From: Rhodothermales bacterium
GTDB taxonomy: Bacteria; Bacteroidota; Rhodothermia; Rhodothermales; UBA10348
DNA length: 64,000 nt
Direction of reading: 5' to 3'
Assembly (NCBI GenBank): GCA_024711125.1
Contig: JANJTM010000077.1
Location: 3,836 to 67,835, forward strand
Positions 36,329 through 46,144 of this stretch are shown piece by piece. Both the position numbers and the translations under genes were made by a program. Numbering within the stretch: the stretch's first letter is position 1; each line of letters opens with the position of its first letter. The notes under the pieces were generated by a model that ran no database searches, was not told the DNA's origin, and worked only from the letters and a program-made list of their open reading frames with translations.

Positions 36329-37698
36329 GCGCGGCGCGGCGTTCGGCTGCGGTGCTCGTGGCCGTCGTGCTGGCGCTCGGGGCAGCCGTACGGCCCTCCG
36401 CCGCCCAGGTCCCGGATTTCGTCGTCGGGGCCGACGTCTCGTTTCTTCCGCAGGTCGAGGCGGGCGGCGGGTTCTTCCAGGACTCGCAGGGCCGGAGGGA
36501 GGCGCTCGCGATCTTCCGGGACCACGGGTTCAATCTCTTCCGCCTGCGCATCTGGCATTCCCCGGCGGGCGGCGTCAACGGGCTCGCTTCCTCGCTCGCG
36601 ATGGCGCGCCGCATCCACGCCGTGGGCGGCTCGATCCTGCTCGATTTCCACTATTCGGATACCTGGGCCGATCCCGGGCAGCAGGCCAAGCCCGCCGCAT
36701 GGGCATCGCTTCCGTTCGACGTGCTCGCCGACAGCGTCGAGGCCTACACCGAGCGCGTACTGCGCGCCTTCGACGCGCAGGGTACCCTCCCGGTGGCGGT
36801 GCAGATCGGCAACGAGACGACGAGCGGAATGCTGTGGAACGACGGGCGGGTGGGTGGCTCGTACGACACCGACGCGCAGTGGCAGAAGCTGCGCACCCTG
36901 CTGTCGCGGGGCGTCGCGGCGGTGCGGCGCGTGCAGCGGGTCGACACGCCGATCAAGGTCGTGCTGCATATCGACCGCGGCGGCTCGTGGTCGGCCACGC
37001 AGTGGTGGTTCGACCGGATCGGCACGGCGGTGGACTACGACTGGATCGGGTTGTCGTATTACCCGTGGTGGCACGGGACGCTCTCTGCCTTCCAGTACAA
37101 CGTGACCCAAACCTCGCGGCGATTCGGGAAGGGTATTCTCATCGCGGAGACGGGCTTTCCGTGGTCGTGGAGTTGGTTCGACTCGACAAACAACCTGTTC
37201 GGGGATCCCGTCAACCACACTCTTCCCGCCGGTTATCCCGCCACCCCGACAGGACAGCGCGACTTTCTCCGCGCGCTGTCGATCACGCTGCGCGCCAACG
37301 CCAACGCCGTCGGCTGGGTCTACTGGGCCCCGGACTGGATCGCCGCGCCGCGCTTCGGTAGCGCGTGGGAGAACGTGGCGCTCTTCGACAACACCTGGAC
37401 GTGGATGCACGAGGAGACCCTGACGGCGGTGGAGCGCGAGGTGCCGGGAGTCGCGGCGGGCCGTCCCGACGTCTACCCGGTGCCCGCCGCCGGCGTCGTG
37501 ACCGTGGCCTGCGCCGTCGCCGGCGGGCCGGGCCGGGACGTGGCGGTCTTCGACGCGATGGGGCGGCTCGTCGTCCGGCTCGCGGCCACCGGCGTCGAGA
37601 CTCGGATCGACACCTCCGGCTGGCCCGCGGGTCCCTATTTCGCCCGCTGTTCGGGGAACGCCACGGCCTCGCGGGGTTTCATCGTGGTACGTTCCTGA
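36325..37698 (+). CDS. GH53 arabinogalactan endo-beta-1,4-galactanase with a T9SS-type C-terminal domain
   Basis: ATG at 36325 overlaps the glyQS stop (ATGA). Signal peptide. GH53 motifs DFHYSDTWADPG, GNETTSG (acid/base Glu) and IAETGFPW (nucleophile Glu). C-terminal ~80 aa are a beta-sandwich tail (DVYPVPAAGVVTV...FIVVRS). Confidence 0.85.
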   Translation: MSAARRSAAVLVAVVLALGAAVRPSAAQVPDFVVGADVSFLPQVEAGGGFFQDSQGRREALAIFRDHGFNLFRLRIWHSPAGGVNGLASSLAMARRIHAVGGSILLDFHYSDTWADPGQQAKPAAWASLPFDVLADSVEAYTERVLRAFDAQGTLPVAVQIGNETTSGMLWNDGRVGGSYDTDAQWQKLRTLLSRGVAAVRRVQRVDTPIKVVLHIDRGGSWSATQWWFDRIGTAVDYDWIGLSYYPWWHGTLSAFQYNVTQTSRRFGKGILIAETGFPWSWSWFDSTNNLFGDPVNHTLPAGYPATPTGQRDFLRALSITLRANANAVGWVYWAPDWIAAPRFGSAWENVALFDNTWTWMHEETLTAVEREVPGVAAGRPDVYPVPAAGVVTVACAVAGGPGRDVAVFDAMGRLVVRLAATGVETRIDTSGWPAGPYFARCSGNATASRGFIVVRS

Positions 37699-37714
37699 AC
37701 GCACCGGCGGCGCC

Positions 37715-38503
37715 ATGCCGATCGCTCCCGACGTCCTGCTCCACACGGCCCTCGCGGTCCTCGTCTACGTCCTGGCGTGGTACGTCGCGAGCCTCGTGCT
37801 GCGCGACGCGTCCATCATGGACATCGCGTGGGGGCCCGGGTTCGTACTCGTCATGGCCGTGGCGTGGCTCACGGAGCCCGTTCCTGCCTGGCGGCCGGCG
37901 TCGATGGGGCTTCTCGTGGCGACCTGGGCGTTCCGCCTTGCGGGCCACATCTTCGCACGCAACCGCAACCGGGGAGAGGACGCGCGGTACGCCGCGTGGC
38001 GCGTCGAGGCCGGCCGGTCGTGGTGGTGGCGCAGCTTCTTCAAGGTGTTCGCGCTCCAGGGCCTCATCCTGTGGCTCGTTTCCGCACCGCTCGTCGTCGT
38101 CGCGACGACGCCGGGGCCGGCCGCGGTGACGCCGTGGGACATCGCGGCGCTCGTCCTGTGGATCGTCGGATTCCTGTTCGAGGCCGTCGGCGACGCCCAG
38201 CTCGCCGCGTTCCGCCGGGATCGTCGGAACCGGGGCCGCATCATGGACCGGGGACTCTGGAGATACTCCCGGCATCCGAATTACTTCGGAGAATGCGTGC
38301 TGTGGGTCGGGTACGGACTCGCCGCGCTCGCGGTGCCCGGCGGCTGGATGACGCTGTTCGGTCCGGTCCTGATGATCTGGCTCGTCGTGAGGGTCTCGGG
38401 CGTCACGATGCTCGAGCGGCTGATGACCGCCTCCAGGCCCGGATACGCGGCGTATGTTCTGCGCACCCCGGCCTTTTTCCCCTGGTTTCCGAAAGAAGAC
38501 TGA
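37715..38503 (+). CDS. DUF1295 / steroid-5-alpha-reductase-like membrane protein
   Basis: 262 aa and polytopic. C-terminal motif [18 protein letters not shown]. Confidence 0.8.
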   Translation: MPIAPDVLLHTALAVLVYVLAWYVASLVLRDASIMDIAWGPGFVLVMAVAWLTEPVPAWRPASMGLLVATWAFRLAGHIFARNRNRGEDARYAAWRVEAGRSWWWRSFFKVFALQGLILWLVSAPLVVVATTPGPAAVTPWDIAALVLWIVGFLFEAVGDAQLAAFRRDRRNRGRIMDRGLWRYSRHPNYFGECVLWVGYGLAALAVPGGWMTLFGPVLMIWLVVRVSGVTMLERLMTASRPGYAAYVLRTPAFFPWFPKED

Positions 38504-38534
38504 CCCGCAGCCGGCCGGGGGGAACCTCCCGGCC

Positions 38535-39542
38535 ATGACCCTGAAGCCGATGATTCCCCTCGTTACCGTCGACCCCGTCATCGGATACGTGGACGAACCC
38601 GTGGATCCGTCGCTCGACCTCGTCGAGGAAATCGGGCGGCTGAAGCGGGAAAAGAACGCGGTGCTGCTGGCGCATTACTACCAGGAGCCGGCCATCCAGG
38701 ACGTGGCCGATTACATCGGGGATTCGCTGGGCCTCTCGCGCAAGGCCGCCGCGACCGACGCCGACATCATCGTGTTCGCCGGGGTGCACTTCATGGCCGA
38801 AGTGGCCAAGATTCTCAGCCCTCGGAAGAAGGTGCTGCTGCCCGACCTGAACGCGGGCTGTTCGCTGGCCGACGCATGCCCGGCCGACGATTTCGCCGCG
38901 TTCAAGGCGCGGTACCCGGACCACGTCGTGGTGTCCTACATCAACTGCTCGGCCGCCACGAAGGCGCTCAGCGACATCATCTGCACGTCGTCGAATGCCG
39001 AGGCGATCATCCGGCAGATTCCGCCCGAACAAGGCATCATCTTCGCGCCCGACCGTAATCTCGGCGCCTGGCTGGCCAAGCAGACCGGGCGGAATCTCGT
39101 TCTCTGGGACGGCGTCTGCATCGTGCACCAGACGTTTTCCGAGGAGAAGCTCGTACGGCTGAAGGTCAGGTTTCCCGGGGCTCCGGTGCTCGCGCATCCG
39201 GAATGCGACGAAACGGTGCTCCGGCACGCCGACTTCATCGGGTCGACCAGCCAGATCCGGGCGTTTGCCCGTGAGGACGCCCGCGACACGTTCATCGTGG
39301 CGACCGAGGAGGGCATCCTGCACCAGATGCAGAAGGACAACCCCGGCAAGCACTTCATCCCGGCGCCTCCCGAGGGCGGATGCTCGTGCAGCCAGTGTCC
39401 GCACATGCGGCTGAACACGCTCGAGAAGCTGTACCTGTGCCTCGTGCACGAAGCGCCGGAAATCACGATGGACGAGGGCCTGCGCCTGGCCGCGCTGCGC
39501 CCGATCGAGCGCATGATGGCGATGAGCGCGGGCGTGCAGTAG
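38535..39542 (+). CDS. nadA: quinolinate synthase
   Basis: Trimmed to [10 protein letters not shown]... Motifs LLAHYYQ, HFMAE and YINCSA, plus C-terminal CSCSQCPHM. Confidence 0.92.
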   Translation: MTLKPMIPLVTVDPVIGYVDEPVDPSLDLVEEIGRLKREKNAVLLAHYYQEPAIQDVADYIGDSLGLSRKAAATDADIIVFAGVHFMAEVAKILSPRKKVLLPDLNAGCSLADACPADDFAAFKARYPDHVVVSYINCSAATKALSDIICTSSNAEAIIRQIPPEQGIIFAPDRNLGAWLAKQTGRNLVLWDGVCIVHQTFSEEKLVRLKVRFPGAPVLAHPECDETVLRHADFIGSTSQIRAFAREDARDTFIVATEEGILHQMQKDNPGKHFIPAPPEGGCSCSQCPHMRLNTLEKLYLCLVHEAPEITMDEGLRLAALRPIERMMAMSAGVQ

Positions 39543-39651
39543 TCGCGGGACCCCCGCGGGGTGCGCGAATCTGCCCCTTCGGCCGAGGGGATTTCCTGAC
39601 CGGCCGTGTAGGCGGCGCGCTGAAGATGCGCATAGGGCACGCGCGAGTGCC

Positions 39652-39673
39652 CTTCCAAGGGTTTACTTGGAAG
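39652..39673. promoter_or_regulatory. perfect 8-bp inverted repeat upstream of the TonB-dependent receptor gene
   Basis: CTTCCAAG (39652-39659), 6 nt, then CTTGGAAG (39666-39673), about 90 nt upstream of ATG 39761. It overlaps a weak TTACTT-N18-TATTGG promoter-like pair. Confidence 0.35.
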
Positions 39674-39760
39674 CGCTTCGAACGGATATTGGGTCCATCC
39701 GGCGGCGCACGCCCGCGTCGACGGCCTACCGCTTCGAAGCTCCACGGAATCCCGCGTACC

Positions 39761-42700
39761 ATGAAAGGCCAGTTCCGCCGCGCCCTTTCGCTCCTCGCGC
39801 TAGCCTGCCTCCTTCCCGCCGCCGTATTCGCGCAATCGGGCAAGATCGCCGGGCGCGTCGTGGACGCCCAGACCGGAGACCCGCTGCCCGGCGTGAACCT
39901 GCTCGTGGTGGGAACGCTGCAAGGCACCGTCACCGATCTCGACGGCTACTACGTCATCCTGAACGTGACGCCCGGCACGGTCACCGTGCGCGCCTCGTTC
40001 GTGGGCTTCACGACACAGACCGTCGAGGCGGTCCGCGTCCAGATCGACCAGACGACCACCATCAACTTCCAGCTGCGCGAGGAGGTGCTGCAGGGCGAGG
40101 AGGTGGTGATCGTGGCCGACCGGCCGGTGGTGCAGCAGGACGTCTCGAACAGCCAGCTGAACGTCTCGTCGGCCGAGATCGAGGCGCTTCCGGTGGCATC
40201 CGTTTCGAGCGTCGTGGGTCTCCAGGCCGGTATCCAGGGGCTGTCGGTCCGCGGTTCGGGCAGCGACGAGCTGTCGTTTAACATCAACGGACTCTCGCTG
40301 CGCGACGAGCGCGACAACACGCCCTACACCAACATCTCGCTGGCGTCCGTCGAAGAGGTCCAGGTGCAGACGGGCGGTTTCAACGCCGAATACGGAAACG
40401 TGCGCTCGGGCGTCGTGAACGTCATCACGAAGGAAGGCAGCCGCACGCGGTACGAAGCCGACGTGATCATGCGGTACAGCCCGCCCGCCAACAAGCACTT
40501 CGGGCAGATGGTGAACGAGTACGACTCGTACTGGATCAGGCCGTTCCTCGACCCGGACGTGGCGTGGACGGGCACCGAGAACGGCAACTGGGACAAGTAC
40601 ACGCGGGCGCAGTTTCCGCAGTTCGAGGGCTGGGTGGCCGTTTCCGAAGCCCTGTTGTCCGACGACGATCCGGCCAATGACATGACGCCCGAGGCCCTGC
40701 AGGAGGCGTTCCTGTGGCAGCACCGCAAGGAATTCGAGATCACGCGGCCGGACTACAACCTCGACATGGGTGTCGGCGGCCCGATCCCCGGCATCGGGAA
40801 GAAGCTCGGAAACGCCCGGTTCTACGCCTCGTGGCGGGCCGATCAGAGCATGTACATGATCCCGCTCTACACGGACAGGCTGTCGTCGAGCACCGGGCAT
40901 CTCAAGATCACCTCGGACGTCGGCGCGGGAATGAAGCTGACCCTCGAAGGCATGCTCGGCAACCAGGAGGGCACGGCTTCGAGCCGCGCCGGGGCGCCGG
41001 GGCTCTTCGGATCCTCGTCCTCGATCGCCTCGCAGCTCAGCCGGGTGAGCTTCATCGATACCCGCATCTTCTCGACGGACTACTGGGGGCCGTCGTCGGT
41101 GAAGTCCAACATGCTGGGCGCCAAGTTCACGCACGCGCCCGACAACACGTCGTTCTACGAGATCAGGGCGACCCGATTCGGCACGGATTACGATTCGAAC
41201 CCGGGTCGGCTGCGCAACGACTCGACGGCGGTCGCCTATTTCGGCGGCGTAGGATTCGACGAGGCTCCGTTCGGATTCCAGCCCAAGCCGACCTTCGGCG
41301 TCGACGGCATGCGCACGGGCGTGGGCATGTCGAACTCGCGCGATTCGAGCCGCGTGGTCGTCTACAACCTGCGCGGCGACTACACGAACCAGCTCAACCG
41401 CTTCCTGGAGTTCAAGACCGGCGTCGAGTTCAACCTGACCGACTCCCGGGTCAATTACGGCACCTACGACGCCTACCTGCCGTCGAGCAACTCCTGGTCG
41501 CGCTGGGACCGAGAACCGACCCGCGGGTCGGCGTACGCCCAGGGCAAGCTCGAATTCCAGGGCATGATCGCGAACGTCGGCCTGCGTTTCGACTATTTCA
41601 AGGCGGGCGGAAACTGGTACGTGCTCGACGAGAACCCGTGGACGCCGTACCTGTCGTCGCGCTACGCGACGACCTACGATACGCTGCTGACCAAGGAGCC
41701 CACGAAGTTCATCGCCACCCTCAGCCCGCGCCTCGGCGTCTCGTTCCCGATCACGGTCACGAGCAAGCTGTTCTTCAATTACGGGCATTTCCGCTCGATG
41801 CCCGATCCGAACAACCTGTTCCTCGTGCGCCAGTTCATGGCGACCGGGCAGATCTCGCGCATCGCGAACCCGAACAACCCGCTTCCCAAGACCGTCGCCT
41901 ACGAGATCGGCTTCGAGCAATCGGTGTTCGACCAGTTCCTGGTCCGCCTCGCGGGTTACTACAAGGACGTGAGCCTGCAGCCCTTCCTCGCGACGTACCA
42001 GAGCCGCGACGGGCAGACCAACTACACGATCAGCGAGCCGGACGCGTTCGAGGACATCCGCGGGTTCGAGTTCACGTTCGCGCGCAACCGGGGGAGGTAC
42101 TTCCAGGGCTTCTTCAACTACACCTACATGGTGTACACGTCGGGCTACTTCGGAACGTCGCAGAACTACGAGAACAAGACGGCCCAGCGCCAATTCGAAG
42201 CCTCGGACGCCCAGCGCCGCGCCGCCGCGAGCCGGCCGGTTCCGCAGCCGTATGCTCGCCTGAACCTCGATTTCATCGCCCCGGCCGACTTCGGACCGGC
42301 GCTCGGCAGCGTGCACCCGCTGGGCGGCTGGCGCGCCAGCGTGCTGACCACGTGGTCGGCGGGGTCCAAGTACACGTGGGCGGGCGGCGGCTCGAAACCG
42401 GGCGTGCTCAACAACACCGAGTTCCGCGACAACTGGAACGTCAACCTGCGCCTGACCAAGAATTTCGAGATCAAGGGGCGGCGCGCCCAGTTCTTCGTCG
42501 ACGTGTTCAACCTGCTGAACCGCCGGACGATGACCTTCAACGGGTTCGTGGACGGCGTCGACCAGAACGCGTACCTGCTGTCGCTGCACCTGCCCGAGTC
42601 GCCCGATTACCCGAACATCCCGGGCAGCGACTACATCGGCGACTACCGGAAGGACGGCGTGGCCTACCAGCCGATGTTCGGCATCCAGAACCGATCGTCG

Positions 42701-42919
42701 TTCAACATGACGACCAGCGTGCCCGAGGACGGGGTCATCTACTGGGAGGCCGAGACCCGCTCGTACATCGAATTCGAGGGCGGAAACTGGCAGCAGGTCG
42801 ACCAGGGACGCCTCGACCGGATCCTCGCCGACAAGGCGTACATCGACATGCCCAACCAGGGCTTCCTCACCTTCCTGGACCCCCGTGACATCTACTGGGG
42901 CATCCGCCTGAACTTCTGA
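39761..42919 (+). CDS. TonB-dependent outer-membrane receptor with an N-terminal carboxypeptidase-regulatory-like domain
   Basis: Tail of track ORF 39380-42919 from ATG 39761. Signal peptide MKGQFRRALSLLALACLLPAAVFAQ. CarbopepD_reg-like GKIAGRVVDAQTGDPLPGVNLLVVGT, a plug region, a long beta-barrel, and C-terminal WGIRLNF. Confidence 0.88.
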   Translation: MKGQFRRALSLLALACLLPAAVFAQSGKIAGRVVDAQTGDPLPGVNLLVVGTLQGTVTDLDGYYVILNVTPGTVTVRASFVGFTTQTVEAVRVQIDQTTTINFQLREEVLQGEEVVIVADRPVVQQDVSNSQLNVSSAEIEALPVASVSSVVGLQAGIQGLSVRGSGSDELSFNINGLSLRDERDNTPYTNISLASVEEVQVQTGGFNAEYGNVRSGVVNVITKEGSRTRYEADVIMRYSPPANKHFGQMVNEYDSYWIRPFLDPDVAWTGTENGNWDKYTRAQFPQFEGWVAVSEALLSDDDPANDMTPEALQEAFLWQHRKEFEITRPDYNLDMGVGGPIPGIGKKLGNARFYASWRADQSMYMIPLYTDRLSSSTGHLKITSDVGAGMKLTLEGMLGNQEGTASSRAGAPGLFGSSSSIASQLSRVSFIDTRIFSTDYWGPSSVKSNMLGAKFTHAPDNTSFYEIRATRFGTDYDSNPGRLRNDSTAVAYFGGVGFDEAPFGFQPKPTFGVDGMRTGVGMSNSRDSSRVVVYNLRGDYTNQLNRFLEFKTGVEFNLTDSRVNYGTYDAYLPSSNSWSRWDREPTRGSAYAQGKLEFQGMIANVGLRFDYFKAGGNWYVLDENPWTPYLSSRYATTYDTLLTKEPTKFIATLSPRLGVSFPITVTSKLFFNYGHFRSMPDPNNLFLVRQFMATGQISRIANPNNPLPKTVAYEIGFEQSVFDQFLVRLAGYYKDVSLQPFLATYQSRDGQTNYTISEPDAFEDIRGFEFTFARNRGRYFQGFFNYTYMVYTSGYFGTSQNYENKTAQRQFEASDAQRRAAASRPVPQPYARLNLDFIAPADFGPALGSVHPLGGWRASVLTTWSAGSKYTWAGGGSKPGVLNNTEFRDNWNVNLRLTKNFEIKGRRAQFFVDVFNLLNRRTMTFNGFVDGVDQNAYLLSLHLPESPDYPNIPGSDYIGDYRKDGVAYQPMFGIQNRSSFNMTTSVPEDGVIYWEAETRSYIEFEGGNWQQVDQGRLDRILADKAYIDMPNQGFLTFLDPRDIYWGIRLNF

Positions 42920-42951
42920 TGTCCCCACAGCCGATCGACAGGACGACGACC

Positions 42952-45057
42952 ATGGTCGCGAAATACCTCAAGGGGCTTGTTGTGGCGGCGGTCCTGCTGG
43001 CCGCGGGCACGCCCGACGCGAACGCGCAGTTCGCCAACAAGTGGCTCTCGGCGGGCTCGTTCCACAACTGGTACTCCGAGGTCGGCTCGGAGTGCGAGGA
43101 GTGCGGGTTCATCGTGACCCAGCAGGCGGGCTGGCGGTGGCCCGGAATCTACAATTTCACCGACATGCAGGCCGCGAAGGCCCTCTGGATCGGCGCGGCC
43201 GACGTGACCGACGACCGGGGACAGAACTGGCCGGTCAGGGTGGTGCACGTCGGCCCGCGCGTGCGCGGAACGGGCGAGTTCTTTCCGACCCGCTTCGAGA
43301 TGGTGTCGCGCTTCACGCCGCCGCTCGTGACCGTGGACGGGGACATCGCCGAGCCCGAAGCCTCCATGTCGAACGACACGGTCGATCCGACGATCGAGGC
43401 CGACCGCATCATCATCAACGAGGCGAATACGTTGCTCGGCCTGACGATGGAGCGGCGCATCCTCCAGTTCAGCCAGGACTGGCACGACAACTACCACGTC
43501 ATCGAGTACACCTTCACCAACACGGGCAATACCGACGGCGATCCCGAGATCGAGCTGCCGAACCAGACCCTGAGGGACATTTACGTCATGCTCCAGTGGC
43601 GCATGTCGGTGGCGAAGGAGACCCGCTACGTGATCGGAAACGGCACGGGCTGGGGACTCAACGCGATGCTCGATACCCGCGGCGACGGCGTAAAGCCCGA
43701 CCCGCCGGGTGAACAGTACCGGGCCCAGTTCGTCTGGCACGGCAAGTTTCCGCCGTTCACGGCCTACGACAACATCGGCGGCCCGATCCTGAAGCGGGCG
43801 TTGCCGGCGCTGCAGATCAACGCGGCCGATACGCTCGGCCGACTCGGCGCCTCGCAGTTCGCGGGCATCGTGACCCTGCACGCCGACCGCACGGCGGCCG
43901 ACGCCACCGACGATCCGGCGCAGCCGCGCACGACGGCCTGGATCGGGTCGGACGATCCGTACCAGTCCCAGAACGACGCGTTCAACCCGGCGAAGATGGA
44001 GTCGGAATACAACCTGATGCGCTCCGGCCACAAGTCGCCGCGCCACGCCGACGTGGTCGAACCGACGGGACTCCCGGGATTCCTCAAGCCGACGGGTGAT
44101 CCGTCGCTGGGCACCCCGGGCGGTTTCTCCAACATGAACGCCTACGGTCCGTATACGCTGGCTCCGGGCGAGAGCTTCCGCATCGTGATCGCCGAGGGCG
44201 CGGCCGGCCTCAGCCGGGAGGCCAATACGGCCATCGGTCGCGCGTACTGGAACAACGGCATGAACAACGATGCCCTGATTCCCTTCACGGTGAACGGGCG
44301 CACCGAATCGAAGACCAAGAACCAGTGGGTCTTCACCGGCCGCGACTCGCTGTTCCAGATGTTCTCGCGCGCCACGGCCAACTTCCAGTCGGGGTACGCC
44401 ATCCCGAAAGCGCCGATGCCGCCGAGTTCGTTCGAGGTCGCGGGCGGCGGCGACCGCATCCTGCTCCGTTGGGAGGCCTTCGCCGACTCGGACCACGACG
44501 GCTTCGAGGTCTACCGGGCGCGCGGAAGGGCCGACTCGGTCTATACGCTGATCCACCAGGCCGGACCGGCCGAGACGTCGTACGACGACACGACCCCGAT
44601 CCGCGGCATCGACTACTACTATTACGTCGTGTCGACCAAGGACGGTTCGAAGAACCCCGGGGGCGGGGGCACGCCGGCCGGAAAGAAGATGCGCAGTTCG
44701 CGCTACTACACGCAGACCTACAGCCCGACCCGGCTGAAGCGGCCTGCCGGCACGGCCCTGGACCAGATCCGCATCGTGCCGAACCCGTACCGGATCTCGC
44801 AGAACCAGAACATCCGCTTCCCGGACCAGACCGACAAACTGGCCTTCTTCGACATTCCCGGACAGTGCGACATCGCCATCTACACGGAACTCGGGGAACT
44901 GGTGGACACGATCCAGCACCGCGACGGCTCGGGCGACGCGTTCTGGGACCACACCACGTCCTCGCGCCAGGTAGTCGTTTCGGGGCTGTACATCGCCGTG
45001 ATCACCGATCTCGAGACCGGGGACCGCGCGATCCGCAAGTTCGTCATCGTCCGATAG
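42952..45057 (+). CDS. secreted hypothetical protein with an FN3-like domain and a C-terminal beta-sandwich (CTD-like) tail
   Basis: Signal peptide MVAKYLKGLVVAAVLLAAGTPDANAQ. An alternative ATG at 42919 overlaps the receptor stop (TGATG). FN3-like PSSFEVAGGGDRILLRWEAF...YYYYVVS. Tail IRIVPNPYR...LYIAVITD...KFVIVR. Confidence 0.75.
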   Translation: MVAKYLKGLVVAAVLLAAGTPDANAQFANKWLSAGSFHNWYSEVGSECEECGFIVTQQAGWRWPGIYNFTDMQAAKALWIGAADVTDDRGQNWPVRVVHVGPRVRGTGEFFPTRFEMVSRFTPPLVTVDGDIAEPEASMSNDTVDPTIEADRIIINEANTLLGLTMERRILQFSQDWHDNYHVIEYTFTNTGNTDGDPEIELPNQTLRDIYVMLQWRMSVAKETRYVIGNGTGWGLNAMLDTRGDGVKPDPPGEQYRAQFVWHGKFPPFTAYDNIGGPILKRALPALQINAADTLGRLGASQFAGIVTLHADRTAADATDDPAQPRTTAWIGSDDPYQSQNDAFNPAKMESEYNLMRSGHKSPRHADVVEPTGLPGFLKPTGDPSLGTPGGFSNMNAYGPYTLAPGESFRIVIAEGAAGLSREANTAIGRAYWNNGMNNDALIPFTVNGRTESKTKNQWVFTGRDSLFQMFSRATANFQSGYAIPKAPMPPSSFEVAGGGDRILLRWEAFADSDHDGFEVYRARGRADSVYTLIHQAGPAETSYDDTTPIRGIDYYYYVVSTKDGSKNPGGGGTPAGKKMRSSRYYTQTYSPTRLKRPAGTALDQIRIVPNPYRISQNQNIRFPDQTDKLAFFDIPGQCDIAIYTELGELVDTIQHRDGSGDAFWDHTTSSRQVVVSGLYIAVITDLETGDRAIRKFVIVR

Positions 45058-45100
45058 GCCGTACCGCCGAGTCCACCTCCTCGGAACAACCGATTCCGCC

Positions 45101-46120
45101 ATGAAGCGCATTCCCACACGGCCGATCGCAGGGTTCGTCTTCGCCCTCGTGCTCGCGGCCGCACCCGCCGCTGGCCAGCAGCAGAAACTGGCGCAGACGG
45201 GCATGAAATTCCTGAACGCCTCCCTGGACCCGCGCGCGGCGGCCCTGGGCGACGCCGTGACGGCGTCCGACGGCGGGTCGGAGATGCTGTTCTACAACCC
45301 GGCGGGCATGGCGTCGCAGTCGACGTTCCTGCAGACGTCGTTCGGACAGCTCGACTGGATCGCCGACATCATGTACAACCAGGCCAGCCTGTCGCTCGCG
45401 CCGGCCGGCGGACGTTTCGGCGTCGTGGGCTTCACCGTGCTGGCGGTCGATTACGGCGACCTGCAGGGCACGATCCGGGCCGACAACGACTCGGGTTACC
45501 TCGATACCGAGATCTTCTCGCCGACCGCCGTCGCGTTCGGCGTCGGCTACGCGCGCGCGCTCACCGACCGGTTTTCGGTCGGAGCGCACGTCAAGCGCGT
45601 GACGCAGGACCTGGGTCCGGCGGCCCAGGACTTCGACGAGGCCGGAGGGCTGGTCTTCGCCGACAACCGCAAGAGCGTGACCGCCTTCGACTTCGGCGTG
45701 CTCTACCGGACAGGCTTCGAGAGCCTCACGTTCGCCTTCAGCGCCCGCAATTTCTCGCAGGAGATCAAGTACGTGGACGAGAGCTTCCAGCTTCCGCTCA
45801 CGCTCAAGATCGGCCTGCGCATGAACGTGTTCGACCTGACGAGCATGGGCGCCGCGGGCACGCACCGCCTCAACGTGTCGGTCGACGCCGAGAATCCGCG
45901 CGATTTCTCGGAGCAGATCAAGGTGGGCGCCGAGTACGTCTTCCTCGATTCCTTCGCGTTGCGCGGAGGGTACGTCTTCCCGACCGACGAGCAGGGCATC
46001 AACCTGGGCGCCGGGTTCTTCCGCACGGTGGGCGGGGTGGGAGTCGGAGCCGACTACGCCTACACCGATTTCGGCATTTTCCAGTCGGTCCACCGGGTCG
46101 CCCTCCGGCTCTCCCTCTGA
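45101..46120 (+). CDS. PorV/PorQ-family outer-membrane beta-barrel (paralogue of PorV)
   Basis: 339 aa with a signal peptide. The N-terminal motif MKFLNASLDPRAAALGDAVTA...MLFYNPAGMA parallels FLKIEPDSRTAGMGNAGVALA...ALFWNPAGLA of the PorV at 59347. Confidence 0.75.
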   Translation: MKRIPTRPIAGFVFALVLAAAPAAGQQQKLAQTGMKFLNASLDPRAAALGDAVTASDGGSEMLFYNPAGMASQSTFLQTSFGQLDWIADIMYNQASLSLAPAGGRFGVVGFTVLAVDYGDLQGTIRADNDSGYLDTEIFSPTAVAFGVGYARALTDRFSVGAHVKRVTQDLGPAAQDFDEAGGLVFADNRKSVTAFDFGVLYRTGFESLTFAFSARNFSQEIKYVDESFQLPLTLKIGLRMNVFDLTSMGAAGTHRLNVSVDAENPRDFSEQIKVGAEYVFLDSFALRGGYVFPTDEQGINLGAGFFRTVGGVGVGADYAYTDFGIFQSVHRVALRLSL

Positions 46121-46144
46121 CCGAGACGCGAACCGCGTTTTCCC

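Noticed and set aside
39543-39760. Riboswitch (e.g. cobalamin) upstream of the TonB-dependent receptor
   Set aside because: I could not find a B12-box-like core or any other riboswitch consensus I know. Only short DNA-type palindromes are present.
39800-42928. 1042-aa minus-strand ORF and 724-aa plus-strand ORF (40714-42888) over the TonB-dependent receptor
   Set aside because: These are shadow frames of the receptor gene, which has a signal peptide, plug/barrel pattern and C-terminal Phe. The alternatives are low-complexity.
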